Of a DNA stretch of 64,000 nucleotides, positions 39,241-48,914 are shown piece by piece. The number at the start of each line of letters is the position of its first letter. The stretch's first letter is position 1. Origin of the DNA: an uncultured Gammaproteobacteria bacterium (lineage in GTDB: Bacteria; Patescibacteriota; Microgenomatia; UBA12405); contig CAYUZS010000003.1 of the NCBI GenBank assembly GCA_964448705.1, positions 73,384 through 137,383 of the forward strand. The letters are read 5' to 3'. The notes below the pieces were generated by a model. That model made no database searches, was not told the origin of the DNA, and saw only the letters and a list, made by a program, of their open reading frames with translations. A program made the translations under genes and the position numbers.

Positions 39241-40323
39241 ATGGAAACCTCTCCAAAAAAAATTTTCGTTGTATTTAATAGTCTAAACATTGGCGGTATC
39301 GAAACTAAAATTGTCGACCTATGTCGCTACTACTCTAAACAAAAAGATATTCAACTCACTCTCCTCCTTAAACAAAAAACCGGTCCTTTAATCTCTAAAA
39401 TACCCCCAAACATTACCATCATTTCCCCGTTAAACTCGTCACCGGTCTATTTTCCTTTATGGTTGTCAATTCAGTTTTTTTATTCTCATCCCCAATTGGT
39501 CGTTTCTTTTGGCAACTATTCTTCAATTTGTACCATTTTCAGCAAACTATTTTTCAACCCCGGCATTAAAGTAATTATCAGTGAAGACTCCAGTATTATT
39601 GAACAAATTGATTCCGACACTTTTCCCGGATTAAGAAGGTTACTGGTCAAAATAACCTATCCTCTGGCCAACCTGATTATTACCCTCACCAAAGCAGGGA
39701 AAAATAAATTAGTAAAACTTGTCCCCAATACAAAAAACAAAACCATTATTCTCAACAACTGGTTACCTCTTAGTTTCAAATCTACGGGCATTTCCAAAAA
39801 AGATATTGATATTTTATATATAGGCCGTTTTGAACCCCAAAAAAACCCTTTAGCCTTCTTAATTATTTCCAAAAATCTGATAAAAACCATTCCCGGGATT
39901 AAAATTGTTATGATTGGACAGGGATCCCTCCGGACAATTATTCAGGAATTTATAATCAAAAATAAATTGGTCAAAAATATTTCCTTACTCCCGGCAACCA
40001 CCCATCCGGAAAAATTCTATCAACGTTCTAAAATCCTCCTCCTCACCTCCCGGCATGAAGGTTTCCCGTTAACCATTCTCGAAGCCATTTCCGGTTACTG
40101 TCTCCCGGTTTGCCGTCAACTCCGGGAATTAGACAATTTTTTTAATTATAAAAAAAAGAGTTTACTATTTAATTCATCTCAATCAGCAATTGATCTGATC
40201 AACCGACTCTTCTCCAGCCCGGAGCTCCGCAAAGACTTGATTCATCATTATTGGAAAAAAGTTATCAAACAGCAAAACCTTAACTTCAATAAAACTTTAA
40301 CAGTTTTTTCTAAGTACCTATGA
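39241..40323 (+). CDS. GT4-family glycosyltransferase
   Basis: C-terminal SRHEGFPLTILEAISGYCLPV motif. ATGA overlap with the next gene. Confidence 0.7.
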   Translation: METSPKKIFVVFNSLNIGGIETKIVDLCRYYSKQKDIQLTLLLKQKTGPLISKIPPNITIISPLNSSPVYFPLWLSIQFFYSHPQLVVSFGNYSSICTIFSKLFFNPGIKVIISEDSSIIEQIDSDTFPGLRRLLVKITYPLANLIITLTKAGKNKLVKLVPNTKNKTIILNNWLPLSFKSTGISKKDIDILYIGRFEPQKNPLAFLIISKNLIKTIPGIKIVMIGQGSLRTIIQEFIIKNKLVKNISLLPATTHPEKFYQRSKILLLTSRHEGFPLTILEAISGYCLPVCRQLRELDNFFNYKKKSLLFNSSQSAIDLINRLFSSPELRKDLIHHYWKKVIKQQNLNFNKTLTVFSKYL

Positions 40324-41420
40324 AGCCAAAAAAAATAATGATTGTCTTTTTCGATATGGCACTCGGCGGTATTCAAAGAAAGATTCTCGACATCATTAAC
40401 CACCTTCACAACCATTATTCGAATATTCAAATTACCTTATGTTTAATCGAAAAAAAAGGTATTTTTATTGATCGTATTCCAGATTATGTCAAAATAAAAA
40501 AGCCTCCATTTAGAACTCCCATTCTTTACTTACCTTGGTTTACCTTGTGGATTACCAAGGAAATTATCAGTAATAAGCCGGATTATATTTTACCGTTTAT
40601 GGATGTCAGTGCTGTTGCCGTCCTGGCCGCCAAACAACTTCTGTTTTGGAAAAAACCTCTTGTCTGTATCGGTGAAGACATCCTCACTTCAAAATACTTA
40701 CTCACCGAATCACAGCCCGATCTTCGTCGAAAAATGATTCGTTATTTTTATCCAAAATCCGACAAAATTTTAGTTCAAACACCCGTCCAGAAAGCTGATC
40801 TTATCGATATTGTCGGACAAAACATCGCCGACAAAATAATCGTTTCCCCAAATTGGCTGCCTCTGGAATTTCCACCCCAAAAATTACCTCCGCGTTCTGA
40901 TCGCTCAATTGACATTCTTTATCTTGGCCGTTTTGATTCCCAAAAAAACCTTTCTTTATTTATCACCATTATTTCCCAACTTCAGCACAGCATTCCCCGT
41001 CTTAAAGCTGTATTAGTCGGTAGTGGACACGAAACCAGAAAACTCAAGAGGCTTACCAAACATCTGGGACTTTCTAAAAATATCCAATTTTTCCCCGCCA
41101 CCACAGATCCTACCTCTTTCTATACCCAATCTAAAATATTTCTTCTTACCTCAGATTATGAAGGCTTTCCTCTTACCCTTCTGGAAGCCATCTCCTGTGG
41201 TTGCATTCCAATTTCCAGAAATTTATCCGAAATAAAACAATTTTTTAACCAGGATTCCAAGCATTATTTGTTTTCCAATCCCGACGAAGCCGCGGTTCTC
41301 CTCAACTACACTCTCACTCATCCACCCAAACCTTCGTTGAAACTTTATTATCAGCGAATCCTCACACTTCAGAACAAATATCTGCATCTCTATGTTAAAC
41401 ATCTCCTTTTTAAAAAATGA
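40320..41420 (+). CDS. GT4-family glycosyltransferase (paralog of 39241-40323)
   Basis: SDYEGFPLTLLEAISCGCIPI and a shared YLGRFxxQKN motif. Confidence 0.7.
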   Translation: MKPKKIMIVFFDMALGGIQRKILDIINHLHNHYSNIQITLCLIEKKGIFIDRIPDYVKIKKPPFRTPILYLPWFTLWITKEIISNKPDYILPFMDVSAVAVLAAKQLLFWKKPLVCIGEDILTSKYLLTESQPDLRRKMIRYFYPKSDKILVQTPVQKADLIDIVGQNIADKIIVSPNWLPLEFPPQKLPPRSDRSIDILYLGRFDSQKNLSLFITIISQLQHSIPRLKAVLVGSGHETRKLKRLTKHLGLSKNIQFFPATTDPTSFYTQSKIFLLTSDYEGFPLTLLEAISCGCIPISRNLSEIKQFFNQDSKHYLFSNPDEAAVLLNYTLTHPPKPSLKLYYQRILTLQNKYLHLYVKHLLFKK

Positions 41421-43297
41421 AGTTATCTTCATCGCTCACAGTCGCAGTTATCACCTGTCGTCGTCCCAAACTTCTTAAACGTTGTCTTTTTAGTTTTTTA
41501 AAACAAAAAACTGCTTTAAGAATTATTATTATTGACAACGATTATCAACAGACTTCAAAAAAAATTTGTCAATCATTCTCAAAAAAGCTGTCTTTAAAAT
41601 ACTTGGTCTGTCCGATAAAAAGTATCCCCAGGGCAAGAAGTTTAGCCATTGAATCCTGTGAAACTAATTATTTGGCTTTTATCGACGACGATTGCTGTAT
41701 CGATCGTCACTGGTCAGAAATTGCCCGGGAACTCATTTCCGCCAATCCAAACACCGCCTATTGGCAGGGACAAACTTATCCTCCCGCCAAACCTTCCTTG
41801 CTTGATTCTGCCCATTTCCAAATCTATTCCCAATGGCTGCTTCATCCCCACCAGGGATTGGATACAAAAAATATCATTATTAATTTATCTGTGGTCAAAA
41901 AATATCATCTTTCTTTTGACCCCAACTTTCCAATCTTTGAGGATATAGATTTTGGCCTTCAACTGAATCAGCATCATCTTTCCGGAATGTTTATCCCTAA
42001 ATTAATAGTCAGCCACCATGAATATATAAAATTGTTCCCATTAATCCGAAAATATTTTTATCGCGGTCAAATCAAATTTGCTATCAATCAAAAATGGGGC
42101 AATTTTGATAACTATCAGCCTACTCTCGACTTCTTTACCATCATTAAAAAATTAGCTACCAACTTTTTCAAAGCACTTCTGGAAATTTCATTTGACTCTG
42201 GTTTCAAATATGCCCAAAAGTATCAGATTCTTCCCAACGACAACCATCTTTCTATAATAAATCGCCATGACCGGGGAGCCAACCAAGAACGCCTTGAAGC
42301 CATAACTAATTTTCTCCACAAAAACAATTTTCAGGTAACCAATATTGATTCGGAAAAAATTCTTCTCGATTGCCAATTGCATCGACGTCAGTTCTTAAAA
42401 GAAAATCCCCTAGCCTACCTATTAATTCATTTATCTCTACTTAATAATCCACCTTTCAGATATTTTTTTAGCCTACTTCTTCGCGGTTATCTTCTCAATT
42501 TTTATCTTCATCGTTTGCATACCAAAAAAGTAATTTCTCAATATTCCGAAGACATTTTTGTCGCCATATATCCACACCGCTTTCAACTTATCCTTGATTT
42601 ACCGACCATTTTTTCTGAAGAATTAAAACTCAGTCACCGGCTGCCTCTACCGATTATTAATATAATAACCCGTCTGGAAAACCTCGCCTATTCCAAAGCC
42701 GATCATACTTGCTTCCATTGGTCCGGCTTTCTTAATTATGCACGTAAAATTGGAAAAAAAATTCCAAACAGTTTTATCCTCAACTGGGGGTGTAATTCAG
42801 TTTCAAAAGTAGCTGTATTTAAAAAACATCCCAAAATAATTTATCTTGGCGATTTTACTTCACCTTGGACCAATCCCTCATTACTACTCAGACTGCAGAA
42901 AACATCTTCTATCGACATTTTTAGCTATCAAACTTCATCCAAATTTAAAACCAAAGGCTATTTAAAAAATCTCCAAAAACTCAGCCTTTATCAATTTGGT
43001 CTAATAACTATCACCAATGATCCGCTCAGAAACAATGGTTTTTCTGCCAAGTACTTAAAATATCTTGAGCATGGTCTACCGGTTCTTTGCCCTGAATGGC
43101 GTCGGGATCCCCTGCTAAAACCAGCCACCATTTACTATAATGAAAGAAATTTTGTCAAACAGCTTAAAAAATATTCTCAAAAAAAACTTTGGTTAAAAAA
43201 ACACCAAGCTGCCCTAAGAATTTCCAAAAATTTAAATTGGAACAAAACTCTACTTCCATTGTTACCGAAAATTAATTCATCTAAAAATGAATATTAG
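41417..43297 (+). CDS. GT2-family glycosyltransferase fused to a ~350-aa uncharacterised C-terminal domain
   Basis: N-terminal VAVITCRRPKLL...IIIIDND...AFIDDDC (GT-A DxD). The C-terminal half was not recognised. Confidence 0.65.
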   Translation: MKLSSSLTVAVITCRRPKLLKRCLFSFLKQKTALRIIIIDNDYQQTSKKICQSFSKKLSLKYLVCPIKSIPRARSLAIESCETNYLAFIDDDCCIDRHWSEIARELISANPNTAYWQGQTYPPAKPSLLDSAHFQIYSQWLLHPHQGLDTKNIIINLSVVKKYHLSFDPNFPIFEDIDFGLQLNQHHLSGMFIPKLIVSHHEYIKLFPLIRKYFYRGQIKFAINQKWGNFDNYQPTLDFFTIIKKLATNFFKALLEISFDSGFKYAQKYQILPNDNHLSIINRHDRGANQERLEAITNFLHKNNFQVTNIDSEKILLDCQLHRRQFLKENPLAYLLIHLSLLNNPPFRYFFSLLLRGYLLNFYLHRLHTKKVISQYSEDIFVAIYPHRFQLILDLPTIFSEELKLSHRLPLPIINIITRLENLAYSKADHTCFHWSGFLNYARKIGKKIPNSFILNWGCNSVSKVAVFKKHPKIIYLGDFTSPWTNPSLLLRLQKTSSIDIFSYQTSSKFKTKGYLKNLQKLSLYQFGLITITNDPLRNNGFSAKYLKYLEHGLPVLCPEWRRDPLLKPATIYYNERNFVKQLKKYSQKKLWLKKHQAALRISKNLNWNKTLLPLLPKINSSKNEY

Positions 43298-44360
43298 TAA
43301 AAAAATTAAATCAACCGGAATCAATCTCTCCATTTGGTGGCAGAATCTTTTAATAAAAGTCTCTCTCAATCTTAATAAACCTCTAAACAAACCTACTTCC
43401 ATTACTTTTGACCTAACTCCAAATTGTGTTCTAAAATGCAAGCAATGCGATATTTGGAAAAGTCCTCCAGAAACACAACTCTCACTAAAAGAAGCTAAAA
43501 TTATCATTGACCGGCTTCACTCTTGGTTAGGTAGTTGCTACCTCTTTTTTACCGGCGGTGAACCGTTAACAAACACAGACCTACCCGAAATAATTGGTTA
43601 TGCCTACAGAAAAGGCATCCTTTCTCACATCAACAGTAATGCCGTCCTGATAGACAAGTCACTGGCAAAAAAACTCACTCTAAACCACCTTTATGCTATT
43701 TCCATCTCTCTTGATGGGGCTACAGCCAAAACTCACGATTATCTCCGTGGTGTTTCAGGAACATTCGATAAAGTCATCAAAGCTATTAATTATCTTCAAA
43801 AAACAACTCATTCTCCTAAAATTTACATCAATACAGTCATAATGAAAAATAACACTATGGAATTAGAAAAATTAATAGAACTAACCAAAAAATACCACAC
43901 TAACGGCATTATGTTTCAATGTTTACTTCCCAATCTCGGACAAAACAGTGTCAAAGCTATTTCCAAAAACAATCCTTTATGGCCAAACAAAACTAAAATT
44001 ACAGCCGTTATAAAAAGGATTATCCAAAAAACCTCTTCTGAACCTCTTATTCTAAGTTCCAAACAGGATTTGGAAACCTCTCTGAAATATTATAAAAATC
44101 CCGGACTATTTAATAAATTTGTCTGTGCCGCCGGAATAAATAATTTTATTGTTGATCATCATGGAGACGTTAGGCTTTGTTTCGACTTTCCTGCTATCGG
44201 AAATATTATCAGGGAAAACCCCCAATCTATCTGGTGGAGCCAAAAAGCTGTTACCCAGCGTCAACAAATCCGCCACTGTCAACGAAATTGCAAGCTTATT
44301 GCCTGTAACAAAGCTGATACTGCCAGAAATAAAACTGTCGCTGCTAATCTTTTTGAATAA
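43287..44360 (+). CDS. radical SAM enzyme with SPASM/twitch-like C-terminal Cys cluster
   Basis: CVLKCKQC (CxxxCxxC) at aa ~46-53. C-terminal CAAG...GDVRLC...HCQRNCKLIAC. Confidence 0.75.
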   Translation: MNISKKIKSTGINLSIWWQNLLIKVSLNLNKPLNKPTSITFDLTPNCVLKCKQCDIWKSPPETQLSLKEAKIIIDRLHSWLGSCYLFFTGGEPLTNTDLPEIIGYAYRKGILSHINSNAVLIDKSLAKKLTLNHLYAISISLDGATAKTHDYLRGVSGTFDKVIKAINYLQKTTHSPKIYINTVIMKNNTMELEKLIELTKKYHTNGIMFQCLLPNLGQNSVKAISKNNPLWPNKTKITAVIKRIIQKTSSEPLILSSKQDLETSLKYYKNPGLFNKFVCAAGINNFIVDHHGDVRLCFDFPAIGNIIRENPQSIWWSQKAVTQRQQIRHCQRNCKLIACNKADTARNKTVAANLFE

Positions 44361-45015
44361 TTCCTACTCCCGGATCCTCTAATATCTCGAATAGTTTGTA
44401 TTTTCCTGAGTCTTTAATTTCTTTCCAAAATTTTCTGGTTCCATAAAAGTTTCCATCCTTGTCCGGACTTCCGATATCATGGATCGCCAAAAATCCGCCT
44501 TTTTCCACATTCTGCCAGAACATTTCAAAATCTTTTTTCACCCCTGTATAAGAATGGTCGCCGTCAATATGAACGTAACCATATTTTATTTTTTCATTTT
44601 TTGCGTAATATTCATCTGATTTCATCACCCTCAATTTTATATACTTCTCCAAACCAAATTTTCCAAAATGTTTTTTTTCATCTACCTTCTTCCAAAAACC
44701 AACTCCTCCCCAATGTTCTCCAGCAACTTTATCATAATCATCCATATCAAATCCGGCATCAACAAAATCAACTAAACCCATCCCGTTATCTTTGCACGCC
44801 AAAGCGCATACGGCCGGAATATATCCGTATTTACTGCCAACACATAGTACCTTATCCGGTCTGATTTGCCTAATCAGTGAATAATGGATCCAGCCATAAC
44901 CTAAACCTCCCCGATTGTTATCCCAGTGATGCCAATTGTCATCTTTTGCATAATTCTCAATAAATTTCCTGACATTTTTCTTATCTATTAAATCTTTTGT
45001 CCCGCTGAATATCAT
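44344..45015 (-). CDS. class I SAM-dependent methyltransferase (Methyltransf_24/CmcI-like)
   Basis: VLCVGSKYGY...VHIDGDHSYTGVKKDFEMFWQNVEKGGFLAIHD. Confidence 0.55.
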   Translation of the reverse strand: MIFSGTKDLIDKKNVRKFIENYAKDDNWHHWDNNRGGLGYGWIHYSLIRQIRPDKVLCVGSKYGYIPAVCALACKDNGMGLVDFVDAGFDMDDYDKVAGEHWGGVGFWKKVDEKKHFGKFGLEKYIKLRVMKSDEYYAKNEKIKYGYVHIDGDHSYTGVKKDFEMFWQNVEKGGFLAIHDIGSPDKDGNFYGTRKFWKEIKDSGKYKLFEILEDPGVGIIQKD

Positions 45016-45041
45016 TCTCCATTATAATACTATCATTCTCT

Positions 45042-46196
45042 ATGCTTTCAACCTTCTTCAAATCATCTCCATCCAAACCAATCGACTTTTCTTTTTTTCC
45101 CTCCTTAAATCAAAATCTTTTTATCCATTCCACCCCTTTTTTTCTAACAAATAAATCAATTGTAAAAAATCGTTTACTAGAACTGCATCAAACAATGTCT
45201 CAATTTCACCTGGCTCAGGCAAAAATTGCCTACTCATTCAAAACCAATTACGACGTCGCCAAAAATATCAGATTTGACATGGCTGAAGTTGTTTCTCAAA
45301 GAGAATTAAAAATGTCACTCCATAATCACTACCATTATTCACAAATTATTTTTAATGGACCAAACAAAGGCAATTTTCTTCCACTTTTGTACCGTCCAAT
45401 CACTCTCAACCTTGACCATTTTTCTGAAATTGAAAATCTTCCTCCATACTCCTCAAAAATAACCGCTAAAATTGGTCTCCGTTTTAACTCACTCTCCTCA
45501 CCTAGTCGTTTTGGCTTCAATCTTGAAAACGGCCAAGCCAGCCAAGCATTTTCTCTTTTAAAACAGAAAAAATACCCCCTTTCCGGAATCCACTTTCATC
45601 TTGGCAGCGATATTCAAAACTCTGACCTCTATCAGCAATGTTCTCTGGCCATTTCTTCCTTCATCAAAAAACACCATCTCTTTGCTGACCTTGTTTATAT
45701 CGACTTTGGTGGTGGTTTTCCCTCACACGGTTTAATCCACCAAACCGACATCCAATCTTTACCAAAGATATCGAATTATATTAATAGTATCGTTCAACCA
45801 CTGTCCAAAATTGTTGATTTTTCTAAGACAGAAATTATTCTGGAACCCGGTAGATATTTAGTCGACGACTCAACTGTCATGATAACCAAAGTTCTTAGCA
45901 CTATTGAAACTAGTAACCATCAGTTAATTACTGTCGATGCTGCAAACACTATGTTGCCCTCAACATGGTATCGACGCCATCTAATCAAAAATTTATCTGC
46001 GAATAATAACTTTAAAACTATAGAAACAATTATTTATGGCAGCAGCTGCCAGGAAACAGACATTTTATATCGCGGAAAATTCCAAAAGGTTTCTATTGGA
46101 GACCTTCTTGTTTTTTATTGTGTTGGTGCCTACAATCAAAGTCAAACTTCTTCGTTTATTTTTAATAAACCCAAAACCTATTTTATATATGACTAA
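45042..46196 (+). CDS. PLP-dependent decarboxylase, Orn/DAP/Arg decarboxylase (fold III) family
   Basis: AYSFKTNYD (PLP Lys), HFHLGS, DFGGGFP, EPGRYLV and GSSCQETD. Confidence 0.75.
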   Translation: MLSTFFKSSPSKPIDFSFFPSLNQNLFIHSTPFFLTNKSIVKNRLLELHQTMSQFHLAQAKIAYSFKTNYDVAKNIRFDMAEVVSQRELKMSLHNHYHYSQIIFNGPNKGNFLPLLYRPITLNLDHFSEIENLPPYSSKITAKIGLRFNSLSSPSRFGFNLENGQASQAFSLLKQKKYPLSGIHFHLGSDIQNSDLYQQCSLAISSFIKKHHLFADLVYIDFGGGFPSHGLIHQTDIQSLPKISNYINSIVQPLSKIVDFSKTEIILEPGRYLVDDSTVMITKVLSTIETSNHQLITVDAANTMLPSTWYRRHLIKNLSANNNFKTIETIIYGSSCQETDILYRGKFQKVSIGDLLVFYCVGAYNQSQTSSFIFNKPKTYFIYD

Positions 46197-46950
46197 AAGA
46201 TTTAATCACCACTATTTTACCCTCCTCTCTGTTATGACCAAAACAGAGTTTATGAGCCGTTACAAAAGGGCTATTTTTGGTTTTCTATGGTTGTTTCTTA
46301 ACCCACTCTTTCAAATGCTAATCATCGGTACTGTCTTCTCTCACTTTATTAGTCTTCCAAACTACTATTTGTTCCTCTTTGGAGGTCTCCTTTTATGGCA
46401 GTTCTTTTCCTCCTCAATCACCAAATCAACCTATAGCTTTGTTTCTAACCGAAATCTGCTTCAAAAAACTCCTTTTCCTTTAGAAATAATCCCTATCTCT
46501 ATTATTCTTGCTGATTATATTAATCTACTCTTTTCCCTTCTGCTTTTTCTAACGACCACCGCCTTTGTAACTGGTCTCTCCTTAAAAGCTCTCTTGATTA
46601 TTCCCATTCTGCTATGGCTGCTGACTTTCTCAGTTGCTTTCTCCTTAATCACTTCTACTCTTAATGTTCGTTTCCGCGATACCAACTTTTTTGTTAACAC
46701 TCTTCTCATGCTTTGGTTTTATGCCACTCCCATCCTCTATCAAACCAACAGTCTACCTGGGTTTCTACAAAAATATCTGATTATCAATCCTTTGGCTTCA
46801 CTTTTCTCCCTATTTCATTATATTTTCTTTAATGCTCCTTTTCCAAACACTATTCTTATAATCACTAATCTTTTTACCACCATTGTAATCTTATTTTTAG
46901 GTATTTTTCTTTTCCGAAAAAATTACTCCTATTTTGTTGATTGGTTATAA
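46189..46950 (+). CDS. ABC-2 type polysaccharide/teichoic-acid exporter permease (Wzm/TagG-like)
   Basis: Start at MTKRF (ATGACTAA overlap), FMSRYKRAIFGFLWLFLNPL signature and 6 TM helices. Confidence 0.75.
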   Translation: MTKRFNHHYFTLLSVMTKTEFMSRYKRAIFGFLWLFLNPLFQMLIIGTVFSHFISLPNYYLFLFGGLLLWQFFSSSITKSTYSFVSNRNLLQKTPFPLEIIPISIILADYINLLFSLLLFLTTTAFVTGLSLKALLIIPILLWLLTFSVAFSLITSTLNVRFRDTNFFVNTLLMLWFYATPILYQTNSLPGFLQKYLIINPLASLFSLFHYIFFNAPFPNTILIITNLFTTIVILFLGIFLFRKNYSYFVDWL

Positions 46951-46954
46951 AACT

Positions 46955-47956
46955 ATGTCAAAAGTTATTAAAATAAAACATTTATCCAAAAAATATTCTC
47001 TTCATTCTTCAAAACCCACTTTGATTGAACAGTTAAACCCAAAAGATAAAATTTACTGGGCTCTTAAAGACATTAACCTTACTGTAGAATCCGGAGAACG
47101 TGTCGGTTTTTTTGGTCCAAACGGTGCTGGTAAAACTACTCTACTCAAAATAATTTCCCACATTACCACTCCTGCTTCAGGAACAGTCACCACTAGTGGA
47201 AAAATAATTTCTCTAATTGAATTAACCGCTGGTTTTGACCAAGAGCTTACCGGTTATGAAAATATCAAACTTCAATTGGCACTTATGGCCGATTTCAATC
47301 AGGACCAAACCTCTCAGGTTATTTCAGACTGTATAAATTTTTCGGAACTATCAGATTTTATTCATCAACCGCTTTATACCTATTCCTCCGGTATGATTCT
47401 TCGTCTGGCTTTTTCGATTGCAACAGTCATTCCTGCTGATATTTTCATCGTTGACGAATTTTTGGCAGTTGGGGACACCGAATTTAAAAGTAAATGTGCC
47501 GAATATTTCAATCAACTTAAACTAAGTCATAAGACTATTCTTGCCTCCTCTCACGATCTTCAATGGCTGATTTCTTTTTGTGATAAGGTATACCCTATCA
47601 ATCATGGTCGCCTTGATCGGGAAAATTTTGTCACCCCCCAACATCTGGAATTCTTTCGGCGATCCCTCCAAAAAAACAGTTCTTCTGTCACGGTTACTAC
47701 CGGCAGTATGCTACCAACTCTTAATATTGGTCAGGTTGTTCCAATTAAAAATATCTCTTTCTCTAAAATAAAACCCGGCGACATTATTGCCTTCATGTTT
47801 ACCAATTTTCCTCAACCTATTGTTCATCGGGTAATCGCCATTGGCATCAACAACCGCCAACCTATTTTAGTTACCAAAGGAGACGCCCACAGCCAACCGG
47901 ACTCCTGGATGGTCACCAAAAAAGAATATCTTGGAATTATTCAATTTAATCACTAA
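46955..47956 (+). CDS. ABC transporter ATP-binding protein (Wzt/TagH-like) fused to a C-terminal S26B (archaeal/SipW-type) signal-peptidase domain
   Basis: Walker A GPNGAGKTT, signature YSSGMILRLAF and Walker B IFIVDEFLAVGD. C-terminal ~100 aa carry TGSMLPTL, PGDIIAF, IVHRVI and TKGDAHSQPD. Confidence 0.75.
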   Translation: MSKVIKIKHLSKKYSLHSSKPTLIEQLNPKDKIYWALKDINLTVESGERVGFFGPNGAGKTTLLKIISHITTPASGTVTTSGKIISLIELTAGFDQELTGYENIKLQLALMADFNQDQTSQVISDCINFSELSDFIHQPLYTYSSGMILRLAFSIATVIPADIFIVDEFLAVGDTEFKSKCAEYFNQLKLSHKTILASSHDLQWLISFCDKVYPINHGRLDRENFVTPQHLEFFRRSLQKNSSSVTVTTGSMLPTLNIGQVVPIKNISFSKIKPGDIIAFMFTNFPQPIVHRVIAIGINNRQPILVTKGDAHSQPDSWMVTKKEYLGIIQFNH

Positions 47957-48914
47957 GTCTGTCCTTTATTTTCACATACATTGTCTCCCAAAACTCGCCT
48001 AACTTTTCAGCACTTTTCCTTATTCCTAGCCGAAGTTTCATCTCTGGAAATATCTTTTCAGTCATTTTTTCTTTCTTCCGTGAAATTTTCATTCTTTCAA
48101 AAACATCCGCCCTTTGTTTACAGGAAGAACATACCCCGCAAGGATACTTGTTTCCATTTGTACAGCTCCAAGTCTTTTCCAAAGGCAGACAATATTTTTT
48201 TCCCATTTCTACCACCTCTTCTTTTTCCATCCAGTTTCCAAACTGAGGCTCAAAAAATAGTGAATAATATTCAAAATTGGTATCGTCTCCAATCTCCCGA
48301 ATCAAATCTTGATATAACCTAATTCGGCTTAATGTCTGGCCTTTTATGGTTAACCCGTCAGTCGGTAATATCGCGGTTAAAATTGTCTTTACGGTTATAT
48401 CGTACCGGTATTTCAAATAAAAAGAATATTGTAATGCATAAATTGGGTATTGATAGAGAATATCCGGCAATAACCAAAACGACATCTTATTATTTACTAC
48501 TTGTGACAATAAATATTTATGATGAAAAAATTTTCCTGGTTTAATCATCCTGTATTCTTCCAAAATATTAGCAGGATAGGTATAAACATCCATTTCTTTT
48601 ACCGGCCAACTTAAACCCGGATATTTTTTTTGAAAATATTTATCAAAAAATTTCACCGATCTAGTGCTACCATTAAGGTTACCTCTCGTATATTTCTGTC
48701 TAATATAAACCGGATACACTTTTGTTCCATTACAAAGTAGATATTCCCATAACACAGTCGAGTCGATGCCTCCGGAAACCAACAGTATCGCCTCGTCCAA
48801 ATTCAAGTAATCTTTTAAGTTTCTATTTATTTCACTTTTATCAACTTTTTCAATCGGATTATCTTTTAACCTCTTTCGAAATTCACTTGAAGAAATCCTT
48901 GCTATTTGATTCAT
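47946..48914 (-). CDS. QueC/ExsB-like PP-loop ATPase
   Basis: PP-loop LLVSGGIDST. C-terminal QueC-type Cys cluster TWSCTNGNKYPCGVCSSCKQRADVF. Large insertions relative to QueC. Confidence 0.6.
   Translation of the reverse strand: MNQIARISSSEFRKRLKDNPIEKVDKSEINRNLKDYLNLDEAILLVSGGIDSTVLWEYLLCNGTKVYPVYIRQKYTRGNLNGSTRSVKFFDKYFQKKYPGLSWPVKEMDVYTYPANILEEYRMIKPGKFFHHKYLLSQVVNNKMSFWLLPDILYQYPIYALQYSFYLKYRYDITVKTILTAILPTDGLTIKGQTLSRIRLYQDLIREIGDDTNFEYYSLFFEPQFGNWMEKEEVVEMGKKYCLPLEKTWSCTNGNKYPCGVCSSCKQRADVFERMKISRKKEKMTEKIFPEMKLRLGIRKSAEKLGEFWETMYVKIKDRLSD

Noticed and set aside
40321-41420. Possibility of UGA recoding (code 25/4), as in some CPR lineages
   Set aside because: TGA terminates 39241-40323 and 40320-41420 exactly at ATGA start/stop overlaps, and long housekeeping ORFs are intact under code 11.
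34915-47956. Pyrimidine-rich (C>G, T>A) coding strands of the plus-strand glycan genes as evidence of horizontal transfer
   Set aside because: gyrB/gyrA and the 57466 ATPase gene, also on the plus strand, show the same tendency. A replication-strand skew, with most genes on the minus strand, explains it as well as transfer does. This needs computed skew and codon statistics.
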